Of a stretch of DNA of 64,000 nt, positions 9,906 through 20,489 are shown piece after piece (position 1 is the first letter of the stretch; each line of letters starts with the position of its first letter). The DNA comes from Deferribacterales bacterium. GTDB taxonomy: Bacteria; Chrysiogenota; Deferribacteres; Deferribacterales; Geovibrionaceae. The position numbers and the translations under genes were made by a program. The notes below the pieces were generated by a model. The model was not told the DNA's origin. It ran no database searches and was given only the letters and a program-made list of their open reading frames with translations. Location of the stretch: the NCBI GenBank assembly GCA_050253075.1, contig JBFWJS010000004.1, positions 192,001 through 256,000 of the forward strand, in the 5' to 3' direction.

Positions 9906-12900
9906 TTACAGATAGTTCATGATACTAAGCTGCAGTATCTCGGCAGTGGAACTAAGCGCAGCCTGATAAACTGTCTGTGCGACGGTATACTTTGTCGCAG
10001 ACTCTGTCTGGTGCAGTGTCGTAGAACCTGTATACTCTGCTTTCAGCTGCTCATAGTTTGTTATCAGCGATTCGTTAAATGCGATCGCCGATTCCGCTCT
10101 GTTCTCTCTGTTACCGACAGTGGTGAGTGCGCCGTGAATCTGAGATTCTGCCTGTTCCAGTACGGGAAGCTCATATTCAATACCCGAGCCGACAGCCGCT
10201 GTGTAAGAGTCTGTCGCTGCGATAGTACCTTCGTCATAGTGATGATAGACACCGTCTGCGACATAGTACTTCTCATTTGCAGTATCAACGAGATAACTGC
10301 TGATAAGCGTACCGTCGCTTCCTGTGACCTTCATCCTCGCTATGTCACCGCCGTCCTCGATGCCGAGAGTGCCTGTGTGGTCTCCGGAGACGTGCATGCT
10401 GGTATAGTTGACACCGTCAAAGCTGAACTTAAGCTGGTCTTCACCCATTCTGGATGCTGATACATCAGGGTAGAGACCTTCAGCAGTCAGTTTTTCGTTG
10501 ATGTTGTCTATCAGATCGTCAATGCTCTGAAAGTTTTCTTTATCAACGATGATGCTTGTGGCTGTCATTGTACCCGAGCCGTCATCGGTATAGAAGGTCA
10601 GCGTACGCTCGTCCAGAGCCTTTTCGCTCAGGTCGAGGGTGGCCGCTGTCTTCGTCTCGATGGTGTTCGCCTCTATCACAGGATAGAATCCGAGCTCGCC
10701 GTGATCGTCACCGGATACTACTATATCGTCAAAAGCTGCAGTATTCTTAATAACAATTGTTCCGCCCTCTGTCATTTCTGCATACATATCGCCCGCCAAG
10801 AAGCCGTCTGCGATGAGCGCAGCGTCGAGCTGAGTGTTTATATCAGCTATCAGAGCGGCATTATCTGCATAAACAGATCCAGCAGGCAGAGTGATGGATA
10901 TAGGGGATACTGTCTCCCACGCACCGCCTGATTCGTAAAAGACTGTGAGTGAGGAATCGTTCTCCAGCTCCAGATTAGGTATCTGGGTTCCTGTTGTGTC
11001 CTTGCCTGTCTCGCCGAACATGAAGGCTGTCTCTGTATTGTTATAGTTAACTGTTATCTCTGTGTTACCCGAACCGGAATCTATGCGCAGGCTTCCGTCT
11101 TCCATGTATGCCTGTACGCCCAGTTTCTGAAGGTCGGGGTCGCTGTTTATCTGGCGGATCAGTTCGTCTGTAAGGAGTGTCGCATCACCTGCATATGTGG
11201 CAAGTGGTACGGACACGGACTTAGTGAAGAAGCCGTCCGCAGATGTTATAGAGTCTGACTCAAGCACTATGTCGAAAGACACGGGGTCCACGCTGTCATA
11301 CATTGTGAGCGCATCAGACTTCCAGAACTGCTCAGACTGAATGTAGTATTCTGACTGGTCGCCGTAATACTCCACTTCGAAATTGAGCAGGTCGTTGTAG
11401 TTACCTCTGAATTCACCGTCGAGGTAAGGTGTGGCTGTGGAGTTCAGACTGTCGTCGCTCCATTCGCTCGGTGCACCGATACCGCTGTCGGGGATATTCA
11501 GGTTAAGCGCATCGTAAAGATTCATCAGCGATGTGAAGACGTTTACGTTGCTGCCGTTCTCTATTACGTTCAGGTCACCGAAGCTAAGGTTTGAATTAGC
11601 TGTGAGATCCACTGTGAACGATGAGCTGACTAGGTCGCCGAGCACTATGCTCACACCCTGGTTCAGATATATCGGATCGCCTGTATACGCAGATGCAGAA
11701 AGCGGGCTGGAAGAGTTGTCGAAGAGAACTGTTCCGTCTGAGTCTGTAACGGTAATGACCATGTCATCACCCACAACAGAAACGTTAACACCCCATGAAT
11801 CATCTGCTGTACCGCTGTATCTTCCCTCAAGTGTTACATTCGGCTGAAGCATCGCATAGCCTATACCAGTGTTATCTTCGTCTATGCTGAATGTAAGTTT
11901 GCTGCTGCCGCTGCGGATATCTGTGACCTGGAGTTTTCCGTCCACCAGCTCAGCAGAGACTGCGTTATTATAAAGGTTTTCGATGAAGTCGAGCATGTCG
12001 CTGACTGTCTTTTCCTCTTCGGTCGGATAGTCAGAACCCTTCGCAGAGTCATACTGATACTCATTTGCACCCTCGTCTATGCGAGTGGTGATGTATGTAT
12101 CTTTTGTATAGTTCTGGTTTACCAGTGTAAAGGTAAGGTCGTAACCGCCGAAGCCGTCATCGGCAACTGTGGCATCCACTTCAAACTCGAACCCTTCGCT
12201 CTTAAGAGCGGCGTTGATCTTGTTCTGGATGTCTGCTGCCGTATCTGTATCGTATACGGTAAACTTGATCTCCTCACCCTGAATGTTGTACGAGTGCTCA
12301 GTACCGCCCGGCGTACCTGCTATTGCGAGACCGTTATAAACTGTCTGCACAGGGCCTGAGTAGTTAGAGTAAGAGAAGTCGAATGTAGTATCGCTGCCTG
12401 TGGCATACAGAGGAGTATCGCCGAATCCGAGCGTGCTGTAGTCGGAGCCTGTGATGCCTATCCTGACGCCTTCACCCGCTTTGTTTGATATAAACATCAG
12501 CTTGTCGCCGTCGTTCACTGCTGTCATCTCGCCGCCGAGCCCTTCGTTTTCGAGGAGTCTGTTGACGTTGTATACCACCTCATCCATATCGCTGTAACCC
12601 TGCTGGTCGAGGGTGATGCTGTAGTTCTTGCCTGCGTAGGATATGTTGAGTGTTCTCTGCTCTTCTGTAGCGTTTGTCATGTCGAGGTCTACGTTCGCAG
12701 GGCTTGTCACTCTGGCTGTACCGATACGGTATCCGTTGTGGTCTGTACCTGTGAACGTAACGCTGTCAGACGCCGCTGCATTCGCTCCGTCTATCTTGGT
12801 GAACTTTGTGGTCTGTGATATAGAGAGACCGTTCGCCGTGTTCGGCATTGTGCCGAGTATGGTTTTATGTGTTTCCATAAAGATATCCTGACCGGATACG

Positions 12901-13772
12901 TTTATGGTTACGTTCTGGCTGTCGCCTATCTTGGTAGTGATCTCTCCGTCGTCGCCGACATACTGGATGTCGTCGCCCGGCTGATAGTAGAAAGACATCT
13001 TAAGTGTCTCGCCCACAACCATATCTTCAGGAATCTTAACACTGACGCCTCGGCCTGTATTTATAACCTGACCGGGGAGGAACTCTGTCACCAGAGTATC
13101 AGTTGTAAGGTTTCCGTTTTCTGTTGATTCGTCACTGCCGTTACTGTCAAGGATAACTGTTTTATTATTCGCATCAACGAGAGAAACTTCGACTACGCCC
13201 CCTGAGAGAGCCTGTACTGTCACGGTATATGAGCCCTCGCCGAGGTCTGGCATGTCAGAGTAGAGTCTGGCTGCGAAAGCCTGTCCGCCGTCTTTATTAG
13301 ACACCACAGATGTTACCTGTCTGTTGCCCGATGTAAACGGTGCATCGTCTGTCTCGTATCCTGCAAAGATGTATCTGTCCATGTACTGAGAGTTTGCTAT
13401 GTCGAGCATCGCTTCATAGATGTTCAGAACCTCTCCTGCGAGAGCCTTGCGGCTGTCTGCATCCTGAGAGTCGTTTATACCCTGAATGGCGAGCTCGTCC
13501 TTTGCTCTGGAGAGTATCTCAGATGCTGTCTGGAGCTCTGAGTCTGCATTTGAAAGCCATGTAAGGGCGTTATTTGCGTTTCTCGAATACTGGGTGGCAT
13601 CATCTACCGTACGCTGAATGTTAAACGCTGTGAGATAGTTTACCGCGTCATCCTCAGGGTCGAGGAGCTGACGTCCGGACGTAACCTCTTCACTCGCTTT
13701 AACGAGATTATTCAGCGTCTGGTTGACACCGTTCAGATACTTCATAGTCATAAAGTTATATGTGATTCTCAT
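9906..13772 (-). CDS. flgL: Flagellar hook-associated protein FlgL, greatly expanded (1288 aa)
   Basis: MRIT N-terminus, SG...PEDD, YIFAG, C-terminal YQAAL...LSIMNYL; lies between flgK and fliW. Confidence 0.88.
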   Translation of the reverse strand: MRITYNFMTMKYLNGVNQTLNNLVKASEEVTSGRQLLDPEDDAVNYLTAFNIQRTVDDATQYSRNANNALTWLSNADSELQTASEILSRAKDELAIQGINDSQDADSRKALAGEVLNIYEAMLDIANSQYMDRYIFAGYETDDAPFTSGNRQVTSVVSNKDGGQAFAARLYSDMPDLGEGSYTVTVQALSGGVVEVSLVDANNKTVILDSNGSDESTENGNLTTDTLVTEFLPGQVINTGRGVSVKIPEDMVVGETLKMSFYYQPGDDIQYVGDDGEITTKIGDSQNVTINVSGQDIFMETHKTILGTMPNTANGLSISQTTKFTKIDGANAAASDSVTFTGTDHNGYRIGTARVTSPANVDLDMTNATEEQRTLNISYAGKNYSITLDQQGYSDMDEVVYNVNRLLENEGLGGEMTAVNDGDKLMFISNKAGEGVRIGITGSDYSTLGFGDTPLYATGSDTTFDFSYSNYSGPVQTVYNGLAIAGTPGGTEHSYNIQGEEIKFTVYDTDTAADIQNKINAALKSEGFEFEVDATVADDGFGGYDLTFTLVNQNYTKDTYITTRIDEGANEYQYDSAKGSDYPTEEEKTVSDMLDFIENLYNNAVSAELVDGKLQVTDIRSGSSKLTFSIDEDNTGIGYAMLQPNVTLEGRYSGTADDSWGVNVSVVGDDMVITVTDSDGTVLFDNSSSPLSASAYTGDPIYLNQGVSIVLGDLVSSSFTVDLTANSNLSFGDLNVIENGSNVNVFTSLMNLYDALNLNIPDSGIGAPSEWSDDSLNSTATPYLDGEFRGNYNDLLNFEVEYYGDQSEYYIQSEQFWKSDALTMYDSVDPVSFDIVLESDSITSADGFFTKSVSVPLATYAGDATLLTDELIRQINSDPDLQKLGVQAYMEDGSLRIDSGSGNTEITVNYNNTETAFMFGETGKDTTGTQIPNLELENDSSLTVFYESGGAWETVSPISITLPAGSVYADNAALIADINTQLDAALIADGFLAGDMYAEMTEGGTIVIKNTAAFDDIVVSGDDHGELGFYPVIEANTIETKTAATLDLSEKALDERTLTFYTDDGSGTMTATSIIVDKENFQSIDDLIDNINEKLTAEGLYPDVSASRMGEDQLKFSFDGVNYTSMHVSGDHTGTLGIEDGGDIARMKVTGSDGTLISSYLVDTANEKYYVADGVYHHYDEGTIAATDSYTAAVGSGIEYELPVLEQAESQIHGALTTVGNRENRAESAIAFNESLITNYEQLKAEYTGSTTLHQTESATKYTVAQTVYQAALSSTAEILQLSIMNYL

Positions 13773-13794
13773 GCTGTTATCCTCTCACCGGGTC

Positions 13795-15537
13795 CTAACT
13801 GCCCAGATTATTGATGAGATCTTCGAGCATCTCATCAACTGCGGAGATAAATCTTGAACTTGCTTCAAACGAACGCTGAAACTTCATAAGGTTTGTCATC
13901 TCTTCGTCCATAGACACACCTTTTACCTCTTCCAGCTTAAGTTCAAGTTCGCTGACCGCTTCCGTCTTTGTAGATACATAGATGTCTGCGGTCGCTTTGT
14001 CGCTACCTATAGTCGCTGCGAAATATGCATAGAACTCATCGACTGTGACATCCATGGACTCCATGATGTCCTCATCTTTGATGTTTGCTATCGCTGCTGC
14101 GTTCTGGTTGTCCCCTTCTGCACCTGTGACAGAAGTGGCGATGTATGCGTTGTTAGACATTATCAGGCTGGATACTGCCATGTCGGATGCGTCACTGCCT
14201 GAGAAGAATCCGTAAGTACCGGATGCCACAAGGAAGTTTGATGTATCCTCTGCAAATGTGAAATCATAGCCTGAGCCTGCCGTAATCTTTATGGTATTAC
14301 CGCTCGAAATGGATGCCTGTATCATACCGCCGTTCGGGTTGCCGTCTGCTGCGGATATCTTGGCTATCACAGAGTTCAGGTTGTCCTTTTTAGGGTCTAT
14401 CTCTATGTCCAGGTCGTCCACATGGTTTCCCTGATCGTCGTATACGGCGATACGCAGCGTGCCTTCTCTTATCTCAGTGGGGAAAGCACCCGCCTCTTCG
14501 GCGAATGTGTATGTCGGGTTCGGTACACCCTGAGATGATGTTATCTGTGTGAGCCTTTCGATACCCTGACCGAGAGCGTGGATCTCGTTTGTCGCTGTGA
14601 TCAGCGAAGATGCCATCTCGTTCAGTGTGTCCATATAGCCGTTTATGAGCTCGTCACGCACATACAGCTCACCTGCGATCTCTCCGCTGGTGAATGATGA
14701 TGTGATGTCTACGAGGTCTCTTGTCTGGCCTTCGGTTCCCCACATGATGTTAAGTTTGCCTGTGTCTTCATCTGTGACAGTGGAGAGCTCGAAAGTCTTA
14801 CCCTCATCCACGAGGGCGTTACCGTTGATATAAACAGCCACCTGACCGTTTGTTCTCTCTGTCACCGAGATGTTGGACATCTCTGCCAGCTGGTTAAGCA
14901 GAACTTCTCTCTGGTCTCTGAAGTCATTGGCAGTGTTCCCGTTGGCTTCGATCAGAGCAATGTTCTTATTCAGGTATGCGATGTTTGATGTTATCTCGTT
15001 GATCTCGTCAACATAGTTAGATATCAGATAGTCGCTTTCTGCCTGAATACCATCAAGTGCGTCATAGCCGGCATTCATCTTTGAAGCCAGCACCTGTGCA
15101 CTCTCCAGAAGGGTCTGTCTTTTGATAAGACCTTCATCGGATTCGTCTGTTGCTGTGTTTGCGAGGTCACTCCATGCGTCGAAATAGTCCTGCATTGCCT
15201 CACCCAGCCCCGAGCCGTCCTCAAGCTCATTGAAGTAAATCTCCACCTTGGTAAGAGCTGTCTGAACAGTCTTATAATAAGCAAGGTCAGAGCTTTCGCT
15301 TCTGATATTGGCCGCAAGGATATCGTCATAGATACGTTCAACTGTCTCTATGTCTACTCCTCGTCCGAACACTCCGTCTGCGTAAACGGCAGACTGCTGG
15401 GTGTCGAGCACCACTCGCTGTCTGGAGTATCCTTCGGTGTTTACGTTCGCAATGTTGTTACCGGTAACGTCGATCCCCGCCTGAGAAGCGAAAAGACCGG
15501 ACACACCGGTAGAAAAAATATGCATCAAATTAGACAT
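13795..15537 (-). CDS. flgK: Flagellar hook-associated protein FlgK
   Basis: NNIANVNTEGYSRQ; GVSMDEEMTNLMKFQRSFEASSR. Confidence 0.95.
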   Translation of the reverse strand: MSNLMHIFSTGVSGLFASQAGIDVTGNNIANVNTEGYSRQRVVLDTQQSAVYADGVFGRGVDIETVERIYDDILAANIRSESSDLAYYKTVQTALTKVEIYFNELEDGSGLGEAMQDYFDAWSDLANTATDESDEGLIKRQTLLESAQVLASKMNAGYDALDGIQAESDYLISNYVDEINEITSNIAYLNKNIALIEANGNTANDFRDQREVLLNQLAEMSNISVTERTNGQVAVYINGNALVDEGKTFELSTVTDEDTGKLNIMWGTEGQTRDLVDITSSFTSGEIAGELYVRDELINGYMDTLNEMASSLITATNEIHALGQGIERLTQITSSQGVPNPTYTFAEEAGAFPTEIREGTLRIAVYDDQGNHVDDLDIEIDPKKDNLNSVIAKISAADGNPNGGMIQASISSGNTIKITAGSGYDFTFAEDTSNFLVASGTYGFFSGSDASDMAVSSLIMSNNAYIATSVTGAEGDNQNAAAIANIKDEDIMESMDVTVDEFYAYFAATIGSDKATADIYVSTKTEAVSELELKLEEVKGVSMDEEMTNLMKFQRSFEASSRFISAVDEMLEDLINNLGS

Positions 15538-15567
15538 GGTCTGCCTCCGGCTTTATCTTAAAGCCTG

Positions 15568-16047
15568 TTATCCTGTTTGGCTGATGGTGGATGTTCTGCC
15601 TTTTGCGTATCCTTTGTTGATACCGTATGTGTGCTTTCCGGCTATACCGAGACGGCCGAATACACCTTCGATCAGCGAAACATTAGTCTTGTAAAGGATT
15701 TTAAGTGATTCATTCAGACGTCCTACCTCTTTCACAAGTGCGATAAGGCGCTTGCGGGCTTCGGACATCTCCTGATAAAGTTCGCCTGCATATTCTTCGG
15801 GTATATCCTGAACACGGACGCTGTCCAGCTCCAGATCTTTGGCTATACGCTTAAGACTGGCTCTGAATGCCTCATCCAGGACTCTTTCTTTATATGCAAG
15901 GGTATCTTTCTTTTTTACCAGTTCGATAGTTCTGTTAGCGTCCCAAGTGACAACGCACTCAGTCTCCTGTTCGAGAATGGTCTTCATCTCTTCGTACAGG
16001 GTTTCCTGCGAACTAAGAATGTCTAAAAGATCTTTAACGGATTCCAT
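15568..16047 (-). CDS. flgN: Flagellar export chaperone FlgN
   Basis: Helical 159-aa protein between flgM and flgK, ending with N..L....TY. Confidence 0.8.
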   Translation of the reverse strand: MESVKDLLDILSSQETLYEEMKTILEQETECVVTWDANRTIELVKKKDTLAYKERVLDEAFRASLKRIAKDLELDSVRVQDIPEEYAGELYQEMSEARKRLIALVKEVGRLNESLKILYKTNVSLIEGVFGRLGIAGKHTYGINKGYAKGRTSTISQTG

Positions 16048-16117
16048 CTCATTCCTCCGAGTATTTCGGCAGTTATGAGGAGCGGAAGTATTAAATAGGG
16101 TGTGTTAGGATATGATC

Positions 16118-16414
16118 TTAGAAAAGATCGTCAATAGCTGTCTGTACTATTCTTTCGGCGATATCTTTGCCTGAGACGTTGTACTGACCGCTTTCGATCT
16201 TGACTTTAAGCTCCTGAACGAGCTCGACTCTGATCTCCGGAGCACCTTTTACAGCTTCTGTCACATTAGCAGCGTCTTTCGCACTGCTGGAAAGAGAGAC
16301 ACTGTCGCTGGAAGATGAGTCGGAGCTAGAGGCGGACTTAGAAGAGGATTTCTTCTTAGTGTCTGTCTCGTTCAGCCTGTTCATATCAAATTTGAACTTA
16401 TCATCAATTCTCAT
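16118..16414 (-). CDS. flgM: Anti-sigma-28 factor FlgM
   Basis: DSVSLS; PEIRVELVQELKVKIESGQYNV...IAE. Confidence 0.9.
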   Translation of the reverse strand: MRIDDKFKFDMNRLNETDTKKKSSSKSASSSDSSSSDSVSLSSSAKDAANVTEAVKGAPEIRVELVQELKVKIESGQYNVSGKDIAERIVQTAIDDLF

Positions 16415-16437
16415 CAATAGCCTCCGGTACATTCAGG

Positions 16438-16464
16438 TAATCGTCGAAATCCTAAAAAACTTTA
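16438..16464 (-). promoter_or_regulatory. Sigma-28 (FliA) promoter of flgM
   Basis: Minus strand TAAA-N15-GACGATTA against consensus TAAA-N15-GCCGATAA, 24 nt before the flgM start. Confidence 0.7.
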
Positions 16465-16519
16465 GCAGTTTTTACCTGGTTGTTCCAGTGAAAAAGCCTT
16501 TTTCCCTATTCACTCGCTC

Positions 16520-16915
16520 TCATAATTTACTATTTATTTTAGAAGCAACATCTGTGCCATTCAGACTCCTTTGTAAATCAAGGAATTTCTGCGTATCCAC
16601 AGTACTGTTTTTTCCTGTCGGGAAATTATTTCCATCGGCATTCTGGAGATATTTGCTCATAGAGTCGTAAAGCATCTTTGAAAGACCCATCCCCTGACCT
16701 TCGGATGACTGCTTCGCTACTTCGGAGTCCAGCATGTCTGTGAAGATCTCTTCGCCCATGTTCTTTTTAACGAGACCGCTGTCTTCGATAGAGTCTCTCA
16801 TGCTTTTGAACATCTTAGACATGAAAAGCGCTTCGAACTCCTCGCATGTCTTTTTGAGCTTTGTGCTCTGGTCTTTTGTATAGTTCAGGTCTGTGCTTAC
16901 TACTTCTGTATACAT
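16520..16915 (-). CDS. flgJ: FlgJ-like rod-binding protein (no muramidase domain)
   Basis: EEFEALF...MFKSMR...FTDMLD...GMGLSKMLY. Confidence 0.85.
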   Translation of the reverse strand: MYTEVVSTDLNYTKDQSTKLKKTCEEFEALFMSKMFKSMRDSIEDSGLVKKNMGEEIFTDMLDSEVAKQSSEGQGMGLSKMLYDSMSKYLQNADGNNFPTGKNSTVDTQKFLDLQRSLNGTDVASKINSKL

Positions 16916-18000
16916 TACATCACCTGTAATTCGCCGTGGAGAGCACCTGCGGACTTGATAGCCTGAAGTATGGATATCAGGTCTCTAGGTGTCACACCGA
17001 TGGAGTTGAGAGCTTTCACAAGGTCGCTTATGCTGACCCCTTCAGGCACTACCATCAGTTTTGCGTTTTCTTCCTGTACTGTTATCTGTGTCTCCTGTGT
17101 GGTCTGTCCGCCGTCGCCGAGGAAGTTCGGGTCCTGCACCTGCACAGTAGAGTTTATAGTAATGGTCAGGTTACCGTGTGAGACTGCCACAGTGTTCAGC
17201 CTTACGTCTGCGCCCATTACTATTGTTCCTGTTCTTTCGTCTACGACAACCCTTGCGAGGTTTGTAGGCTCTATCTCTGTGCTGAGTATCTTATCGAGAT
17301 AAACGTAAAAGTTATTCTTCTGATTCTCAGGCACAGCCACTTCCATTGTGGAAGGAGATGTTATCTTTGCCACGCTGAGTCCGGTCATGCCGTTTATAGC
17401 GTCTTTTGCTTTTACAAGGTCAGTGAGGTTTCTGTGTTTAAATGTGAGCACGATCTCGTTCTCGTCCATATTGAAAGGAACTTCCTGCTCCACGATCCCC
17501 CCGTTCGGTATCATACCCACTGTCGGGTGGTTTTTTATAGCTCCTGCGCCTGCTGCGGATACGTTCATACCGCCCACGGATATCGGCCCCTGAGCCACGG
17601 CATAAACCTGTCCGTTTGCAGCGGAAAGAGGTGTCATGAGGAGCGTACCGCCCTCAAGGCTCTTTGCATCACCTACGGATGAAACAACAACATCCACCAT
17701 AGTACCGGGGCGGGCATACGGCGGGAGCTTTGCCGTTACCATAACTGCGGCGACGTTTTTTACGCTCACTGCGTTCTGATCAACAGTGATGCCCATTCTG
17801 TCTATCATGTTTACGAGGGACTGCACGGTGAATTCCGTACCGCTCTTATCGCCTGTTCCGTTCAGACCGACGATCAGACCGTATCCTATCAACTGGTTGT
17901 CCCTGATGCCTTCTACATTGGAGATATCTCTTATCTTAACCATCGCAAAGGATGTGTTTGCTATCAGTGCTATTATCAGTGTTATCAGTATTCTTCTCAT
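16915..18000 (-). CDS. flgI: Flagellar P-ring protein FlgI
   Basis: NQLIGYGLIVGLNGTGD, KNVAAVMVTA, SLEGGTL, ERTGTIV. Confidence 0.96.
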   Translation of the reverse strand: MRRILITLIIALIANTSFAMVKIRDISNVEGIRDNQLIGYGLIVGLNGTGDKSGTEFTVQSLVNMIDRMGITVDQNAVSVKNVAAVMVTAKLPPYARPGTMVDVVVSSVGDAKSLEGGTLLMTPLSAANGQVYAVAQGPISVGGMNVSAAGAGAIKNHPTVGMIPNGGIVEQEVPFNMDENEIVLTFKHRNLTDLVKAKDAINGMTGLSVAKITSPSTMEVAVPENQKNNFYVYLDKILSTEIEPTNLARVVVDERTGTIVMGADVRLNTVAVSHGNLTITINSTVQVQDPNFLGDGGQTTQETQITVQEENAKLMVVPEGVSISDLVKALNSIGVTPRDLISILQAIKSAGALHGELQVM

Positions 18001-18016
18001 CTCTTTACCTCTCCCC

Positions 18017-18736
18017 TTAGAACGGCATGATCCAGCTGAGCAATGTCATCAGCCAGCCCGGTTTGTTAGAGTCTGAAAGCTGCCCCTGACCGCTGTATGC
18101 TATCTTTGCATCTGCTATGGATGTGGACTGCACAGTATTGGTGGCGTTCACGTCCTTCTGGCGGACGATACCGCTGAGTGTGATGGTCTGCTTCTCATTA
18201 TCCACGATGATCTCTCTGTGGCCCTCTATCACAAGGTTACCCGAAGGGAGCACATCTGTGATCCTTGTGGCGATGGTACCTGTGACGGTGTCTGCCTTAG
18301 ATTTTGACCCGCTGCCTGAGAATGCGCTGGATGAGCTCAGAGAGTTATCAAGGTTAAGCGCGTTTCCTGTGCCGAGCAGGTTTGTTATACCCATATCAAG
18401 CGGAAGCCCGAGCACGTTGCCCAGTGTGGAATCTGCACTCTGAGACTTCGATGTGGATGTACTGTTTGAATTGGTGGCTGATGAGCTCTCCACTATCTCT
18501 ACGATAATGATGTCGCCCACGTGACGGCCTTTATAGTCAAGGAACAGACTGCCCTTTGCAGAAGCCTCCATCCAGAGGGACGGCGTCGGCTTTCTCGCAT
18601 CGAGCTGTCTTTTATATTCTTCGAGTTCTTTTTGATAGCTGTTTTGAAGTGACTGGTTGTCAAAGTCGGGTTTTTTCGCACAGCCTGTGGTAAGGAGGAG
18701 CGCTGCTGCTATAAGAAGAAGAATTCTGATTTTCAT
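18017..18736 (-). CDS. flgH: Flagellar L-ring lipoprotein FlgH
   Basis: Lipobox TTGC; VGDII, LPSGNLVIEG, SGIVR, IADAKI, PGWL...PF. Confidence 0.93.
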   Translation of the reverse strand: MKIRILLLIAAALLLTTGCAKKPDFDNQSLQNSYQKELEEYKRQLDARKPTPSLWMEASAKGSLFLDYKGRHVGDIIIVEIVESSSATNSNSTSTSKSQSADSTLGNVLGLPLDMGITNLLGTGNALNLDNSLSSSSAFSGSGSKSKADTVTGTIATRITDVLPSGNLVIEGHREIIVDNEKQTITLSGIVRQKDVNATNTVQSTSIADAKIAYSGQGQLSDSNKPGWLMTLLSWIMPF

Positions 18737-18777
18737 ATCATTTCTCCGGCAATTTTTTTCACTTACCGGGTTAAATA

Positions 18778-18793
18778 ACAAGAAGTGTGCCAA
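18778..18793 (-). promoter_or_regulatory. Possible sigma-54 promoter for flgHIJ
   Basis: Minus strand TTGGCACACTTCTTGT: perfect -24 element, -12 element TTGT instead of TTGC, in the flgA-flgH gap. Confidence 0.5.
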
Positions 18794-18829
18794 ATATAGA
18801 GAAACTATGAAGGGGTTGACATCCAAGTA

Positions 18830-19687
18830 TTACTGAGCGTTTACGAAGACCTTACGTCCTTCGGCGTATGTTCCGCGGACAATTTTGCCGCTGGTAGCAT
18901 TTTTCACCCGGACATTTTTTCCGATGTAGGCATCCTCTTCCAGCTCTCCCGTTGTGCTGACATTCAGCCCGCCGGAGTTATAAACTATCTGAACCGTAGA
19001 GCCGGCAAAAGCATCTGGCTTCTGCACTACATCGCCTGTTGTGACGGGTCTGCCTGCGCTGATGTTTCTGATGGCGATATAGCCTTTGACATCTTTCACC
19101 GGGTCGCCGTGGATGCGTCCGAGCTCAAAGCGTTCTTGATGCACGAGCCCTTCGATGTCCTGACCTTTCTTTATGGAGCTGCCTGCCACATAGACATCAC
19201 CAAAGGCGGTGAGAGTGACGGTATAGTTGTATTTTCTGATGCCGTTATCCACAGAGACGGACACATTGCCGAATCTGTTTCTAGGCAGGTCGATATTATA
19301 CCCGTCCGCTTCGGAGTAATAGAAAGGCCTGCCCATGCGTATCCTGTCTATCTCCACGTCTATCTTCCCGTACATAACGGAAAGGAGGTCGGCTATGTCT
19401 TTCTGAAATCTTTCTTCGGTGAGCTCCACTCCACGTCTGCGGAATGTAACTTCGCCGGGACGTGCACCTGCAATATTATATTTATTAATAATATACATAG
19501 ACATCTGGCGGTTTATTGTTTTCTCCTCGCCATAGTCCAGCCCGCAGGCCACCTCATCTTTTATACCTATCCCGGGGAATATATCCTCCAGCATCACACA
19601 CTCGGTGTCGATGAGTATCGCGTCATCGGCAAAGGCGGAAAAAGCTGTCAGAAAGAGCATCATTCCCAGCAGAACAGTTCTAAGCAT
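18830..19687 (-). CDS. flgA: Flagellar P-ring chaperone FlgA
   Basis: Signal peptide; SAF-like C-terminus (GKNVRVKNATSGKIVRG); position between flgG and flgH. Confidence 0.8.
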   Translation of the reverse strand: MLRTVLLGMMLFLTAFSAFADDAILIDTECVMLEDIFPGIGIKDEVACGLDYGEEKTINRQMSMYIINKYNIAGARPGEVTFRRRGVELTEERFQKDIADLLSVMYGKIDVEIDRIRMGRPFYYSEADGYNIDLPRNRFGNVSVSVDNGIRKYNYTVTLTAFGDVYVAGSSIKKGQDIEGLVHQERFELGRIHGDPVKDVKGYIAIRNISAGRPVTTGDVVQKPDAFAGSTVQIVYNSGGLNVSTTGELEEDAYIGKNVRVKNATSGKIVRGTYAEGRKVFVNAQ

Positions 19688-19689
19688 TA

Positions 19690-20478
19690 TTACCTCTTAA
19701 GGTTATTAACTATCTGGAGCATCTCGTCACCTGTCTGCACAGCCTTAGAGTTTATCTCATAGGCACGCTGTCCGGTGATCATGTTTACCATTTCATCTAC
19801 CACACTGACGTTAGACATTTCAAGTATGTTTTGCGCAATGGAGCCGTATCCGTCTGCATCAGGCACGCCTGTCACAGGCTCACCGCTTGATCCGGTAGGG
19901 AGGAAGAGGTTCTTACCTATCGCCTTCAGACCCGCAGGGTTGATGAATCTAGCCAGCTCTATCTGACCAATCTCCTGAGCTTCTTCCTGACCGGGGAGTG
20001 TCACGCTTATGGTACCGTCCTCACCGAATGCGATGTCTGTGGCATCCTCCGGCACGGTCACCGCAGGCTCGAGGTAATATCCGTTTGAGTTAACGAGGTT
20101 ACCGTCTGCATCTGTTTTAAGAGAACCGTTTCTGGTGTATGCGATGTCACCGTTCGGCATGGTGAACTGAAAGTATCCGTCACCTTCCACGGCGATATCG
20201 AGGCTGACGCCTGTATACTGGAACGAACCCTGTGTGTGTACCTTCTCAATAGCAGAGACCTTCGAACCGAGACCGACCTGTATGCCTGTCGGGTGTGTCA
20301 TGCCTGCTGCCGATATTGCACCGGCGGGTTTAATCTCCTGATAGATCAGGTCTTCGAAATGCGCACGGCTCTTTTTGTATCCGATGTTATTTACGTTCGC
20401 AAGGTTGTTCGCGATTGTATCAATGTTTGTCTGCTGTGTTGTCATGCCGGTGGCGGCTGTCCATAATGTTCTGAACAT
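19690..20478 (-). CDS. flgG: Distal rod protein FlgG
   Basis: ANNLAN, FEDLIYQ, YTRNG, LEMSNV, QRAYEINSK. Confidence 0.96.
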   Translation of the reverse strand: MFRTLWTAATGMTTQQTNIDTIANNLANVNNIGYKKSRAHFEDLIYQEIKPAGAISAAGMTHPTGIQVGLGSKVSAIEKVHTQGSFQYTGVSLDIAVEGDGYFQFTMPNGDIAYTRNGSLKTDADGNLVNSNGYYLEPAVTVPEDATDIAFGEDGTISVTLPGQEEAQEIGQIELARFINPAGLKAIGKNLFLPTGSSGEPVTGVPDADGYGSIAQNILEMSNVSVVDEMVNMITGQRAYEINSKAVQTGDEMLQIVNNLKR

Positions 20479-20489
20479 TACTTCACTCC

